From assembly GCA_040905965.1 (NCBI GenBank), contig JBBDQP010000058.1, positions 24,344 through 88,343 on the forward strand: 64,000 bases of DNA, read 5' to 3'. This DNA is from Acidimicrobiia bacterium (GTDB taxonomy: Bacteria > Actinomycetota > Acidimicrobiia > Spongiisociales > ZC4RG35). How positions within the stretch are numbered: position 1 is the first letter of the stretch; the number at the start of each line of letters is the position of its first letter. A model generated the notes under the pieces. That model was not told where the DNA came from, did not search any database, and saw nothing but the letters and a program-made list of their open reading frames with translations. A program made the position numbers and the translations under genes. Positions 21,377 through 31,594 of this stretch are shown piece after piece.

Positions 21377-21997
21377 TCAACAGATGCGGGCCGTCCCGTC
21401 GGCGATCCGCCCAGCCTGGATGGCGAGGAGAGCCCGTTCGTGGGCTTCGACGAGCATCGTGTAGGGGTCGATCGCCCGACCGTCGCGGTGCAGTTCGAAA
21501 TGGGTGTGTGGCTCGGTGTGTTCGGCGTTGCCCGAATCGCCCACGAATCCGATGAGCTGGCCCGCATCCACGAATGCTCCCGGGACGAGGCCACTGGCGA
21601 ATGCTGCGTCGACGCCGCCGCGCCCGTTGTCGGTGCCCGGCTCGTCAGTGTCGAGGTGCATGTACCACGACGTCCATCCGGGTCCATGATCGACGACGAT
21701 GTATGCCCCCGCTCGGGGGCTGATCGACATGCGCGTCACGACTCCGGGTGCGACGGAGTACACAGGCGAACCCTTGGGCGCATGGAGGTCCACACCGATG
21801 TGAACGTTGCCGACTCGGCGGGCACCGAACGTGTCCAAGAACCAGGTCGTCTCCGGATCTTGCGGGAACGTCATGTGAAGTCGTTCGACGGGTTGTTCGG
21901 CGATGACCTCGGGCAGGTTGGCATCGGCCGCGCCCAAGGCAGGCAGGGGAAGCAGAACGGAGACGGTGATGGTGAGGGCGAGCGCGCGACGAATCAT
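21377..21997 (-). CDS. secreted M23 family metallopeptidase (LytM-type peptidoglycan endopeptidase)
   Basis: Signal peptide. 'HIGVDL' and 'HTHFELH' zinc-ligand motifs of M23. Confidence 0.75.
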   Translation of the reverse strand: MIRRALALTITVSVLLPLPALGAADANLPEVIAEQPVERLHMTFPQDPETTWFLDTFGARRVGNVHIGVDLHAPKGSPVYSVAPGVVTRMSISPRAGAYIVVDHGPGWTSWYMHLDTDEPGTDNGRGGVDAAFASGLVPGAFVDAGQLIGFVGDSGNAEHTEPHTHFELHRDGRAIDPYTMLVEAHERALLAIQAGRIADGTARIC

Positions 21998-22164
21998 CGA
22001 AGACCTCGGTGGGGAGCCGGTGAATCCTGGCCGACGGTCGTTCCAACGTCAAGACCGCCTGGGCGCGCCCGGCGGTTCGGCCTGTGCCGAGTCCCCCGGT
22101 TCGCGGCGTGTCCGCAACTCCCTGGCAGGAACGAGTCAGGCTGTCTCGTATCGACCGGACTCAT

Positions 22165-22779
22165 TCAGGACGTGAGCGGCCCAAAGATTGCTTCCAGTTC
22201 CGCCAGTGCCTGGGCGACGGACGTGACCTTCACCGTCCGCATCCCCATCGCCAGGGCGGGCTTCAGGTTGGGACCGAGATCGTCCAGCATCACACATGCG
22301 GCGGGCGCCACGCCGAGACGTTCGATGCAGATCTCATAAATCCGGCTCTCCGGCTTCCGCGTCCCCTCGACGACCGACTCGACCACGACATCGAAGTGCG
22401 CAGCAAGACCCTCGGGGCCGAAGGGAGTCCAGTTGTTCGTCAGCGCCGCCACTCTGATCCCTCGGTTCCGGAGCCGGTCCACGGCCAGGAGCATCTCCGG
22501 TCGGACTCGGATAGAGGTGTCGATATCTGCCATCAACTCCGCCGTATCCACATCGATTCCGGCACTCTCGAACTCGGAGCGAAACATCGCGAGGAACTCC
22601 GCGTGGCCCACTTCGCCCCGCTCGTGACGCGCCCAGGCACCGCCGCTTCCGGAGGCAAAGACGTGTCGGTTGATCGACCCAGGACGAATCGAGTGCCGCT
22701 GTTCGAAGGCGGCGATTGCGTCCAGCGGCGAATCGAGGATCACGCCGCCAAGATCGAAGACGACAGCTTCGATGGTCAC
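22165..22779 (-). CDS. HAD family hydrolase (subfamily IA)
   Basis: 'VVFDLGGVILD' motif I with Asp nucleophile, and a 'LDDLGPNLKPA' motif. GTG at 22779 overlaps the upstream stop (GTGA). The 368-aa ORF in another frame here is an Arg-rich artefact. Confidence 0.7.
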   Translation of the reverse strand: MTIEAVVFDLGGVILDSPLDAIAAFEQRHSIRPGSINRHVFASGSGGAWARHERGEVGHAEFLAMFRSEFESAGIDVDTAELMADIDTSIRVRPEMLLAVDRLRNRGIRVAALTNNWTPFGPEGLAAHFDVVVESVVEGTRKPESRIYEICIERLGVAPAACVMLDDLGPNLKPALAMGMRTVKVTSVAQALAELEAIFGPLTS

Positions 22780-23372
22780 GATCCCCCGAGCTGGAGGCGG
22801 ATCAACTCGATTTGGTCGTCCAGCATCTCGATCGCACGTCGCATCCGTTCCCGCGGTCCGGCAGCTCCGAGCAGAACGTACGAGTCGAGGGGTGTCACCG
22901 GTATCAGCGACGCCAGCTGATACGAAACAGCCACCGGATCGTCGCCGACCTCCAAGTCGACGTCGGCGGTGTCGGCGCCCAACTCTGATGCCATCGCCAG
23001 CATCCGTTCGAGACGGCTGCACACTTCGCCACGGAGATCGGAGATGTCCTCGGTCGGGTCGTCGAAACGCTCGACCATTGCCCACGGGTGCGGTGCGTCC
23101 TCCAGCCACTCGAGCACCCGGATCCTCTCGACTCCGGCAACGACGATCGCCCGGTGCCCGTCGGAGAGGTCCTGGTGGGCCAAAACCCGTAGCCGCGTCC
23201 CGATCGGTGACCGTACGTCCCCACCCCCGACTTCGAAACCGCGCTCGATGAGCACAGACCCGAAGCTGCATTCCTCGGAGAGCACATCATCGAGCAGGGC
23301 CTGGTAGCGCGGTTCGAACACCCGCAGCGGGACGCCGCTGTACGGGAAGATGACCGTACCCAGCGGGAACAT
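22776..23372 (-). CDS. stand-alone LON N-terminal (substrate-binding, PUA-like) domain protein
   Basis: 'MFPLGTVIFPYSGVPLRVFEPRYQALL' is the classic Lon N-domain opening. No ATPase or protease domain. Start taken at the internal Met (23372), because the upstream 97 codons are Arg-rich. Confidence 0.6.
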   Translation of the reverse strand: MFPLGTVIFPYSGVPLRVFEPRYQALLDDVLSEECSFGSVLIERGFEVGGGDVRSPIGTRLRVLAHQDLSDGHRAIVVAGVERIRVLEWLEDAPHPWAMVERFDDPTEDISDLRGEVCSRLERMLAMASELGADTADVDLEVGDDPVAVSYQLASLIPVTPLDSYVLLGAAGPRERMRRAIEMLDDQIELIRLQLGGS

Positions 23373-23395
23373 CCGCAGCCGTTCGGCCACAGGAC

Positions 23396-23902
23396 TCAAG
23401 ATGGTCTCGGACGCACCGAAAACCGCAGCCGAGACGCCACTTCGTTGTTCAACAGAACGACGAACGAATAGGCCCCGGCCGCCGGAAAAGAGATGTTGTT
23501 GAAGGTGAACGACCGGGCGACACCGACGTCGCTTCCCTCGGGAATCCCCTGTGGCCGTGCCACCTTGACACCCTGGGCGACGGGTGGCGTCGGGAGCACT
23601 CGTCCTCCGTCTTCGTCCTGGAGGTCGACCCCGATGACAAGCACCTGATCCGTCCAACTCCACGGGACTCTCACGCGCAAGCCCAGGCCAAGCGACGGAT
23701 AGCGGGCGGGGAAGTCGGTGACGAAGAGGGTGTCCCAGCCTCCGCCGAGTACGTAGAGCTTGCCCTGCACCACCTGAACGGCATCCGCCAGCAACGCGAA
23801 ATCGACGGCTGGCCGTACTTCTTCTGTCGTCACCCGGGCGATGGTACCCGCACCGTCTTTCGGTGCCGGAGCCGAGCGGGTATATCGTTCCGGTCCCCTC
23901 AA
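23396..23902 (-). CDS. hypothetical protein
   Basis: ORF with coding-like composition, divergent from ino1. No motif recognised. The true start may be the internal Val near 23833. Confidence 0.35.
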   Translation of the reverse strand: MRGPERYTRSAPAPKDGAGTIARVTTEEVRPAVDFALLADAVQVVQGKLYVLGGGWDTLFVTDFPARYPSLGLGLRVRVPWSWTDQVLVIGVDLQDEDGGRVLPTPPVAQGVKVARPQGIPEGSDVGVARSFTFNNISFPAAGAYSFVVLLNNEVASRLRFSVRPRPS

Positions 23903-23919
23903 CTATCCAGGAGAAGCAG

Positions 23920-25235
23920 TGTCCGCATCCCCCATCCCACCCGCGACCGGCCGCCTCGGCGTCCTCCTACCCGGCATGGGGGCGGTTGCGACCACGCTCA
24001 TCGCCGGGGTGATGGCCACCCGCAAGGGGATTACCCTCCCGATCGGATCGATGACACAGATGGGGCACATCCGGCTCGGCAGGCGGACCGAGAACCGTTC
24101 GCCCCTGGTTCGGGACTTCGTTCCACTCACCCCGATGGACGATCTGGTCTTCGGTGGCTGGGACCCCTACTCCGAGGATGCCTACTCCGCTGCGATGCGG
24201 GCGGGCGTGTTGGAAGCGAACCTGCTGGAGTCGGTCGGTGACGAGATGCGACTGATCAAGCCGATGAAGGCGATCTTCGATCCGAGCTGGGTCACGCGCC
24301 TCGAGAACACCGATCACGTCGCCAGCTACGACTCCCATCTGGAAGCAGTCGAGAGGATCGTGGAAGATATCGAGGGGTTCCGCCAGGCCAACGACTGTGA
24401 GCGTCTGGTCATGGTGTGGTGCGGTTCGACCGAGGCGTACCAGGAGGAGTCCGAGGTCCACCAGACACTCGACGCCTTCGAGGAGGGGTTGCGCAACAAC
24501 GATCCGGCGATCGCTCCGTCACAGCTCTACGCCTATGCCGCCCTCACGACGGGCGTGCCGTTCGCCAACGGAGCCCCCAACCTCACCGTCGACTTCCCTG
24601 CGATGGTCGAACTGGCAATGCGTGAGCGGGTGCCGATCTGCGGAAAGGACTTCAAGACCGGCCAGACACTCATGAAGACCATCCTCGCCCCGGGTCTCAA
24701 GACACGCAGTCTGGGAATCCATGGGTGGTTCTCCACGAACATCCTCGGCAATCGCGACGGCGAGGTGCTCGACGCGCCGGAGAACTTCAAGTCGAAGGAG
24801 GTCTCGAAGCTCGGCGTTCTCGAGACGATCCTGCAGCCGGATATCAACCCGGAGCTGTACGGCGACCTCTATCACAAGGTCAGGATCAACTACTACCCGC
24901 CGCGCGGGGACGACAAGGAAGGCTGGGACGCCATCGACATCTTCGGATGGCTCGGCTACAAGATGCAGATCAAGGTCGACTTCCTGTGCAAGGACTCGAT
25001 CCTCGCCGCGCCACTCGTCCTGGACCTGGCGCTCTTCCTCGATCTCGCTTCCCGAGCGGGCAAGAGCGGCATCCAGGAGTGGCTCTCCTTCTACTTCAAG
25101 AGCCCGCAGACGGCCCCCGGCCTGTACCCGGAGCACGACATCTTCATCCAGCAGAAGAAACTGAAGAACACACTCCGTTCGTGGATGGGCGAAGATCTGA
25201 TCACCCACCTCGGCGACGAGTACTACGCGGACTGA
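23920..25235 (+). CDS. ino1: inositol-3-phosphate synthase (myo-inositol-1-phosphate synthase)
   Basis: GTG at 23920 after AGGAGAAG. Rossmann 'LGVLLPGMGAVATT' and a conserved bacterial/archaeal MIPS core (…NGAPNLT…, …DFKTGQT…). Confidence 0.8.
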
Positions 25236-25239
25236 CCGG

Positions 25240-25665
25240 ATGGCTGGCCCGGCACCGGACGACGACCTCGAGGTCTCCGAATGGATCATCCCTTCCGCCG
25301 AACTCGAATGGCGGTTTTCGACGTCAGGGGGACCGGGCGGCCAGCACGCCAACCGGTCGAACACCCGGGCCGACCTGATATTCGACCTCGCCTCGTCCGA
25401 GGCGTTCCCGCCCGAGATCCTTCAACGACTCACCCGGAAGATCGGGTCGGACCCCATCGTCGTGTCTGTCGCCGAGAGCCGTTCCCAATTCCGCAACCGG
25501 ATGCTCGCTCGCGCTCGGCTGCGTGAGCTGCTGACCGAGTCGATGAAGCAGCCGAGAAAGCGGCGACCGACCAAGCCGACCCGAGCCTCCAAGCGCAGGC
25601 GACTCGACGACAAGCGTGCCCTCAGCGAGAAAAAGGACAAGCGGAGGACACCGCGCATCGAGTGA
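25240..25665 (+). CDS. arfB: alternative ribosome-rescue factor ArfB (peptidyl-tRNA hydrolase, GGQ)
   Basis: 'SGGPGGQHANRSNT' GGQ motif followed by a basic C-terminal tail. 141 aa. Confidence 0.85.
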   Translation: MAGPAPDDDLEVSEWIIPSAELEWRFSTSGGPGGQHANRSNTRADLIFDLASSEAFPPEILQRLTRKIGSDPIVVSVAESRSQFRNRMLARARLRELLTESMKQPRKRRPTKPTRASKRRRLDDKRALSEKKDKRRTPRIE

Positions 25666-26961
25666 TCAATCGAACAGCGCGCCCACTGCCCGTCGATCGA
25701 CCTTGCCGATCCCGCCCTTGGGAATCGCCGTGACGCGTATCCAACGACGCGGTATCTCATGCGGCGCGAGATGACCCCGGAGGGCCTCTTGCAACTCATC
25801 CGGCTCCGCCGGTCCTGTGAAGGCGGCCGCGACGATCATCCCCCATCGATCGTCCGTCACACCGACCACTGCCACCTCGCCCGCCCCTGACAGGGTGGCC
25901 GCGATGCGCTCGACCCGCTCAGGCATCACGTTCTCTCCCCCGGTCACGATCACATCGTCCGCCCTGCCCATGACCTCCAACCTGTTCCCGTGGAATCGCC
26001 CGAGATCGCCTGTGAGCAGTGGACCGCCCCGGTCCGCGGCGTCAAGATCGCCCGGCGAAACCATCGGACCGTCGATGACGATCCGCCCCTCGCCCGAGAT
26101 CGTCACTCGCGCTCCATCGAGGACGACGAGCCGATCGGACCTTGGCTCGGCCGGATCGGCAGTCGCCACCTGTGATGCCGTCTCCGTCATTCCGTAGGTT
26201 GCGAGCAGCCGCATGCCCCCCACGGAGAGCGCCCGTTCAGAGGCCGGTCCTCCTCCGACGAGGCCCAACCGGAACCCTGATACACGATCGAGGCCGGTGT
26301 CGGCGAGTCGCTCCAACATCGGCGACACGAAGGATCCCAAAGTGGCTGCCCCGGTCGCGAGCAGCCCAGCCACCGTCGCAGCGTCGAATCTTCCTGCCAA
26401 CACCGCCGCCGAGCCCTGCCGGGCCGAACGCCACAGGATCGACAGCCCCCCGACGTGATGGAGAGGTAGCACCGCAAGCCATCGGTCGTCCGATCGATGG
26501 TCGATATGGCCCGCCGATGCCGCCGAACTGGCTTCGATGTTCGACCAGGTCAACCGAACCGCCCTCGGCTGTCCGCTTGTGCCCGAGGTGAAGATCGCGG
26601 CAGCAGTCGCCGAGGGGTCGGGTACGGACGGCACCGGTGAGCCATCCCCCGTGTCGCCCGGTCCCACGACGTCGACAACGCCGGCCAAGTCGGCCAACCG
26701 GCGCCGCTCGTCATCGCTCCCCGCGACGGGAAGAGGTATCAGCACCATGCCGGCGAGAGGCACCGCCATGGCCACCATCAAGTGGGGAATGTCCGGGCGC
26801 ATGACGACCCCGAGTCGAGCGCCATGCGGGTACCGACCTCGCAGTCCGCCGGCGATCCCGGAAAGCTGGGCGAAGGCAGCCGCGTAGTCGAGGACGTCCG
26901 AACCGTCGATGAGAAACGGAGCGTCCGGTCGATCGCGCGCCCAACGGGCGAACCAGTCCAA
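25666..26961 (-). CDS. AMP-dependent synthetase/ligase (acyl-CoA synthetase superfamily, MenE-like)
   Basis: AMP-binding motif 'TSGTSGQPRAV' and 'YGMTETAS'. 431 aa. Confidence 0.7.
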   Translation of the reverse strand: MDWFARWARDRPDAPFLIDGSDVLDYAAAFAQLSGIAGGLRGRYPHGARLGVVMRPDIPHLMVAMAVPLAGMVLIPLPVAGSDDERRRLADLAGVVDVVGPGDTGDGSPVPSVPDPSATAAAIFTSGTSGQPRAVRLTWSNIEASSAASAGHIDHRSDDRWLAVLPLHHVGGLSILWRSARQGSAAVLAGRFDAATVAGLLATGAATLGSFVSPMLERLADTGLDRVSGFRLGLVGGGPASERALSVGGMRLLATYGMTETASQVATADPAEPRSDRLVVLDGARVTISGEGRIVIDGPMVSPGDLDAADRGGPLLTGDLGRFHGNRLEVMGRADDVIVTGGENVMPERVERIAATLSGAGEVAVVGVTDDRWGMIVAAAFTGPAEPDELQEALRGHLAPHEIPRRWIRVTAIPKGGIGKVDRRAVGALFD

Positions 26962-26967
26962 GCCGGC

Positions 26968-27579
26968 TCAATCTCCCCAGTACCGCTGTTCGCGAAACGG
27001 GTCGCCATACATGTGATACCCGTTTCGCTCCCAGAAGCCCGGCTCGTCATGATCGAGGAAGCGAAAACCGCGCACCCACTTGACCGACTTCCAGAAATAG
27101 AGGTGCGGCACGACCAGCCGCAAGGGCCATCCGTGGTCGGGATCGAGATCTTCGCCGCCGAACCTCCATGCCAGGAGGTTTTCGGGTCGCAGGAAGTCTT
27201 CCACCGGCAGATTGGCGGTGAAACCGTGCTCTGCCCATACCAGCACGTGGCTCGCGCTCGGAGCCAGTTCGAATCCGGACATGAACTCCGGCACCTCGAC
27301 TCCGTGCCAGACCGTGTCAAGCTTCGACCACTTGGTCACGCAGTGAATGTCGGTGACCTTGTCGGTGGTCGGCATCGCCTTGATCTCATCGAGGGTGAAC
27401 GTCACTTCCCGATCGACGAGCCCCTCGACGGTGAAGTCCCACGATGTCAGGTCGACTCGCGGCACCGACCCGGCGTGAAGCACCGGGAAGCGATCGGTGA
27501 GGTACTGACCAGGCGGCACGCGCGAGGCGTCGATGCCCTCCTCCTTCAGATCTGAACCCCGCCCCTTGAAGAACGCCAT
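26968..27579 (-). CDS. sulfite oxidase-like molybdopterin-dependent oxidoreductase (short YedY/MsrP-like form)
   Basis: About 200 aa with 'CVTKWS' and 'WPLRLVVPHLYFWKSVKWV' molybdopterin-domain motifs. Confidence 0.6.
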   Translation of the reverse strand: MAFFKGRGSDLKEEGIDASRVPPGQYLTDRFPVLHAGSVPRVDLTSWDFTVEGLVDREVTFTLDEIKAMPTTDKVTDIHCVTKWSKLDTVWHGVEVPEFMSGFELAPSASHVLVWAEHGFTANLPVEDFLRPENLLAWRFGGEDLDPDHGWPLRLVVPHLYFWKSVKWVRGFRFLDHDEPGFWERNGYHMYGDPFREQRYWGD

Positions 27580-27619
27580 ATCGAACCTCTTTCACCCGGC
27601 ATCCAATACCCTATCCGCA

Positions 27620-28174
27620 ATGGCAACCACCGATCGACTGTTCCCCGAACCGGTCGCTCCGCTCCAGCCGGCGCGCGGTCGCCTGACGCTCGTGTTCGTC
27701 GTCGTCGTCGCCATCGGTCTTCTCGTCGCCCAGGCACTCGGCGATCCGGAAGGTTCCGGGGGAAGCCTCACGGGAGTGGCACCGGAAGTGGTGTTGACCG
27801 CGTTCGACGGCTCCGAGTGGCGGCTTTCCGAGCATCTGGCGGAGGATGGCCGACCGGTGGTACTGAACCTCTGGGCGAGCTGGTGCATTCCCTGTCGGGA
27901 AGAGATTCCTGAACTCTCGGCTTTCGCAGATGCCAACCCGGACCACGTCGTCATCGGTGTCTCTGTCGACGTATCCGCCTCAGAGGCCCAGGCGATGGTG
28001 GACGAGCTTCAGCCCCGCTATCTCGTCGGAATAGACGCCACCGGCCGCATCAGAGATCGCTATCCGTCGGTGGGAATGCCGTTCACGGTTGTCATCGATG
28101 CCCGGGGAGCGATTCGCTGGTCGAAGGCGGGTGGCGTCACCGCGCTGGAGCTGAGCCAGGCGACCGCCGGCTGA
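27620..28174 (+). CDS. TlpA/ResA family thiol:disulfide oxidoreductase (thioredoxin fold), membrane-anchored
   Basis: 'WASWCIPC' CxxC motif with an N-terminal TM anchor. Start at the ATG at 27620. Confidence 0.8.
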   Translation: MATTDRLFPEPVAPLQPARGRLTLVFVVVVAIGLLVAQALGDPEGSGGSLTGVAPEVVLTAFDGSEWRLSEHLAEDGRPVVLNLWASWCIPCREEIPELSAFADANPDHVVIGVSVDVSASEAQAMVDELQPRYLVGIDATGRIRDRYPSVGMPFTVVIDARGAIRWSKAGGVTALELSQATAG

Positions 28175-28891
28175 TCAGGAGACGTCGCTGAACTGAGCGT
28201 CGAAGAGAAACTGGGCATAGTCCAGGTTGGGCCCGTCGGTGAGTTCGGCCTGGACGATGAGCCGTTGGGCGGCTGAGAATTTGGGGTGACAGGTCGTGAG
28301 GGTCAGCCACGCCCCCGGTTTCGGATTGGTGACCCACACATCTTTGGCGGTGACGATGAATGTGTCTCGGACCGTGTAGATGTGAGCGCCGATCGCGGTC
28401 TCGATCTCGATGATGTCACCTGGTTCGAGCTGGTCGAGATCGAAGAATGGAGCTCCGTACGTCGTCCGGTGTCCCGAGATGACGGAATTGCCGGGCTGGC
28501 CCGGGAGCGGCGTCCACGGCATATGCCCAGGACCCTGATCCAACGTCGCCGGGAGAACCCCACCGAAGAGCACCCAGTCCAGTTCGATCGATGGAATGCG
28601 AATGACCCCGAAAGGATCGCCCTCTTCTACCGCATCCTCTGGGTGAAAGTCGATCGTCTCGACGACCGGGGCCGGGGTGGTATCCGTGGTCTGTGGTGGA
28701 ACGGTCACGGTGACCGGCGTTTCCAGGCTGTCTCGACGCTCGTCGAGGCCGGTGACCAATTCGGTGCGTGCCTCCTGCTGTACGCGATCGTTGAGGAGGT
28801 CGGTCACGACGAGTTGATACGCGACGACGCCCAGGGTCAAGACCCCGATCCACACCATGGCAAAGCCGGCGATTCGAATCATTCTGCGCAT
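28175..28891 (-). CDS. class E/F sortase (transpeptidase)
   Basis: N-terminal TM segment, catalytic His region, and 'LTLTTCHP' (TLxTC) motif. Confidence 0.8.
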   Translation of the reverse strand: MRRMIRIAGFAMVWIGVLTLGVVAYQLVVTDLLNDRVQQEARTELVTGLDERRDSLETPVTVTVPPQTTDTTPAPVVETIDFHPEDAVEEGDPFGVIRIPSIELDWVLFGGVLPATLDQGPGHMPWTPLPGQPGNSVISGHRTTYGAPFFDLDQLEPGDIIEIETAIGAHIYTVRDTFIVTAKDVWVTNPKPGAWLTLTTCHPKFSAAQRLIVQAELTDGPNLDYAQFLFDAQFSDVS

Positions 28892-28930
28892 CGCGCCTCA
28901 GGCTATCCGCCGTCTCGGGTTAGAAAGGAC

Positions 28931-29707
28931 TCACTGCTGGCCGAATGAGGGCGGGCGCTTCTCGACAAACGCGCTGACCCCTTCGCGAGCGTCGCGGGTG
29001 GACGCGACAGCCGTCAATCCACCCTGGAGACGATCGAGGGCCGTGTCCGAGTCGGTCGAGGCCACCGACATGAAGGCATCGCGTCCGATCATCACGCTCG
29101 ACGGCGCATTCCGTAACGACGCAACCGTCTCTTCCACGGCGGCGTCGAGCCCCGAGCGGGAAACCACCCGTGACACCGCACCGAGCCGAAGTGCTTCGTG
29201 CGGAGTGATGGTCCGACCGGTCAGCATCAGCTCCAGGGCCGCCTTCTGCGGCATCGCCCTCGCCAGTGCCGCCGTGATCATCATCGGCCACAGCCCGACA
29301 CGAACCTCCGGCACCCCCAACTTCGCGTCGTCCACGCAAAGTGTGATGTCACACGCAACCGCCAGCCCGAATCCGCCGGCGAGGGCATGGCCGTTGACGC
29401 GGGCCACCGTCGGCTTCCCGCCACTCCACAAGAGCCTCAGGAGGTCGGCGAACCGCCCCCTCTCCGAGTGCCTCGCCACGGGGTCCTCGAAAAAACCAGA
29501 CGCCAGATCCCCTCCGGCACTGAAAGCCGCATCGCCGGCGCCGGTGATCACGACAACCGACACCTGCGGATCGTCCAGTGCCCGCCGCAGTCCGACGATG
29601 AGACCCTCAATGGTCTCGGAGCCAAGCGGATTCCGGCGTTCCGGATCGTTCATCGTGAGCGTTGCGACCGAGGCGGAGATTTCGTAGATGACCATGAGAT
29701 CGCACAT
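28931..29707 (-). CDS. enoyl-CoA hydratase/isomerase family protein
   Basis: Crotonase 'ITGAGDAAFSAGGDL' oxyanion-hole motif. Start at the internal Met (29707 or 29695). Confidence 0.75.
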   Translation of the reverse strand: MCDLMVIYEISASVATLTMNDPERRNPLGSETIEGLIVGLRRALDDPQVSVVVITGAGDAAFSAGGDLASGFFEDPVARHSERGRFADLLRLLWSGGKPTVARVNGHALAGGFGLAVACDITLCVDDAKLGVPEVRVGLWPMMITAALARAMPQKAALELMLTGRTITPHEALRLGAVSRVVSRSGLDAAVEETVASLRNAPSSVMIGRDAFMSVASTDSDTALDRLQGGLTAVASTRDAREGVSAFVEKRPPSFGQQ

Positions 29708-29743
29708 TCTGGCCGGAACCGCCTGTGATAGCGTTCGCATCGC

Positions 29744-30322
29744 ATGCTGTGGCTTGTCATCGTCCTCTTCGTGGCGATGTCCGTTGCGGTGTTACGTGGG
29801 GGACGTCTCACCAATCTCGCCGACATCAGGCTGAAGATGTGGTGGTTGCTGCCCCTCGGTTTCGCCATGCAGGGCATCGCAATCCGGATAGATCCCGACG
29901 TCGGGTTCTACCTTGTACTGACCTCCTACCTCCCGCTGCTTGCGTTGATGATCCTCAACCGAGACCGTTCCGGTCTCTGGCTGGCGGGAGTGGGTGTGCT
30001 GCTCAACTTCACCGTCATCGCTCTCAACGGTGGCATGCCGGTCCTCGAAGGGGCGATCGAAGTCGCGGCCGGATACGCCCCAGGCGGACCCGATCTCACC
30101 AATGCTGCCAAGCACACCGAACTGGGCGCAGACACGATGCTGCCGTTCCTCGCCGACGTCATCCCGATCCGGATGGCCAACCAGGGCTCGGTGATCTCGA
30201 TCGGTGACGTCTTCCTGGCGGTGGGTTTGGGACGCTTCCTCGAAGCCGAACTCCGACGACCGGTCCGCTGGTTCAAGCCAGGCGTGAAACTGCAGGGCGG
30301 ATCCGCGACCCGGGATCGTTGA
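29744..30322 (+). CDS. DUF5317-like integral membrane protein
   Basis: 192 aa with 5-6 TM segments. Resembles the family of small membrane proteins recurrently adjacent to HD-GYP genes. Family assignment from memory. Confidence 0.45.
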   Translation: MLWLVIVLFVAMSVAVLRGGRLTNLADIRLKMWWLLPLGFAMQGIAIRIDPDVGFYLVLTSYLPLLALMILNRDRSGLWLAGVGVLLNFTVIALNGGMPVLEGAIEVAAGYAPGGPDLTNAAKHTELGADTMLPFLADVIPIRMANQGSVISIGDVFLAVGLGRFLEAELRRPVRWFKPGVKLQGGSATRDR

Positions 30323-31594
30323 TCAACGGCGGCTGACCGATCGGTCGAATGCGCCGCGACGTTCCAAGAGCCGCCGGAGCACTGCCACCACTTCCGGGTC
30401 GTAGTCGTAGACCGAACCGCGATGCAGCTTCTCCATCGACTCGAGAGGTGAGGACCCCAACTCGTGCGTGGATTCGTCGTAGGCGCTGCAGACCTTGACG
30501 ATCTTGGCGGCGATCGGCACGTCCTCGCTGCTCTCCATGCCAGGGTTCCGATACGGCTCGTGCTGCCGAAGCACGACGTCGCTTACCTCGGCGAGATAGG
30601 AGGTCTCCCCCACGATCTCCGAACCCCACCTGGCGATGTCGGTGTCTGTGAACCCCATGCGGAGGACGCTCGGCTCGTTCAACGAGATCCGACCGATGTC
30701 GTGGAGCAGAGCGGCGTATTCGACTGTGTCGACGTCGCGCGGTCGCAGTCCGAGTTCGGCGGCCACCCCGACGGCCAAGTCAGCCGTTCGGGCGGCGTGC
30801 CCAGGATCCGAGTGTCCTGCGACCTCCGGAATCCTGGCGAGCGATCGCACGGTCTGCGAGTACGTCTGCCGGGCGTCCGCATACCTCCGGAACGCCCCAT
30901 GGGCGAAGGCGTAGGGAAGGGCGGCCAACAGGAGCGACCACCAACCAATGGTCTCGAACGCAATCCCGAACAAGGCACCTGCAGCCACGAGAGAGAGATA
31001 GACGTTCAGGTCACGAGCCGTATCCAGCACCACGAAGAGTCTCGGCCCTCCGCCGCCGACCCGTGAACGGAAGGCGGCACTCGTCGCCATCTCGCCGACA
31101 AAACCTGCGGACGCGGCGAGAACGAAGAGGAGAGCATCGTGCCAACCGACGACCTGGTCGAACTTGAGCGAAGTGTCACCGACGGCGAAGGCCGCAATGA
31201 AAGAACCGTACGAGAGGCTCCGCTTGAAGAAGTCCGCAAGCACCATCTTCTGATCGTCGCTCCTCGCGGCGCGCATGATCCAGGTGATCGCCGATCCGGC
31301 GGCAAGAGCGAGAAGGATCTCGCGTGTGGTGAAGAGGCGGTCGCCATCGCTCGTCGAGACGAATGGAACCGAGGCGACGACGAGATAGCCGGCCGTGAAC
31401 CGCCCCCGACCGGCCGAGGGGACCACCGAGAGGGACGCCACCCCGAATGCAACAGCAGCGACCGCCATCCACGCCAACTCGTCGTCAGTCTCAACGAATC
31501 CAACAACTGCCGCGGTTGCCCCGAGAGGGATGAGCGCAGACACGATCCACGACCAACCCCTGATGGTCTTCAAGTCAGCCACGGGAGACAACAT
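30323..31594 (-). CDS. membrane-anchored HD-GYP-type phosphohydrolase (degenerate GYP)
   Basis: N-terminal multi-TM region, then an HD domain ('AALLHDIGRISL', '…KIVKVCSAYDEST'). Confidence 0.65.
   Translation of the reverse strand: MLSPVADLKTIRGWSWIVSALIPLGATAAVVGFVETDDELAWMAVAAVAFGVASLSVVPSAGRGRFTAGYLVVASVPFVSTSDGDRLFTTREILLALAAGSAITWIMRAARSDDQKMVLADFFKRSLSYGSFIAAFAVGDTSLKFDQVVGWHDALLFVLAASAGFVGEMATSAAFRSRVGGGGPRLFVVLDTARDLNVYLSLVAAGALFGIAFETIGWWSLLLAALPYAFAHGAFRRYADARQTYSQTVRSLARIPEVAGHSDPGHAARTADLAVGVAAELGLRPRDVDTVEYAALLHDIGRISLNEPSVLRMGFTDTDIARWGSEIVGETSYLAEVSDVVLRQHEPYRNPGMESSEDVPIAAKIVKVCSAYDESTHELGSSPLESMEKLHRGSVYDYDPEVVAVLRRLLERRGAFDRSVSRR

Noticed and set aside
21998-22164. Possible c-di-AMP (ydaO-type) riboswitch in the 167-bp leader of the M23 peptidase gene
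   Set aside because: ydaO elements often precede cell-wall hydrolase genes in actinobacteria. I could not find the conserved ydaO blocks (GGGGA…CAGCUAACC) on either strand by eye. It needs an Rfam scan (RF00379) before any call.
22165-23271. 368-aa minus-strand ORF, extremely Arg-rich at its N-terminus
   Set aside because: Its N-terminal 164 codons run through the LonN gene (22776-23372) in a different frame and have no domain-like sequence. Its C-terminal 204 codons are the HAD hydrolase, which starts at the GTG at 22779 (GTGA overlap with the LonN stop). Typical high-GC shadow extension.
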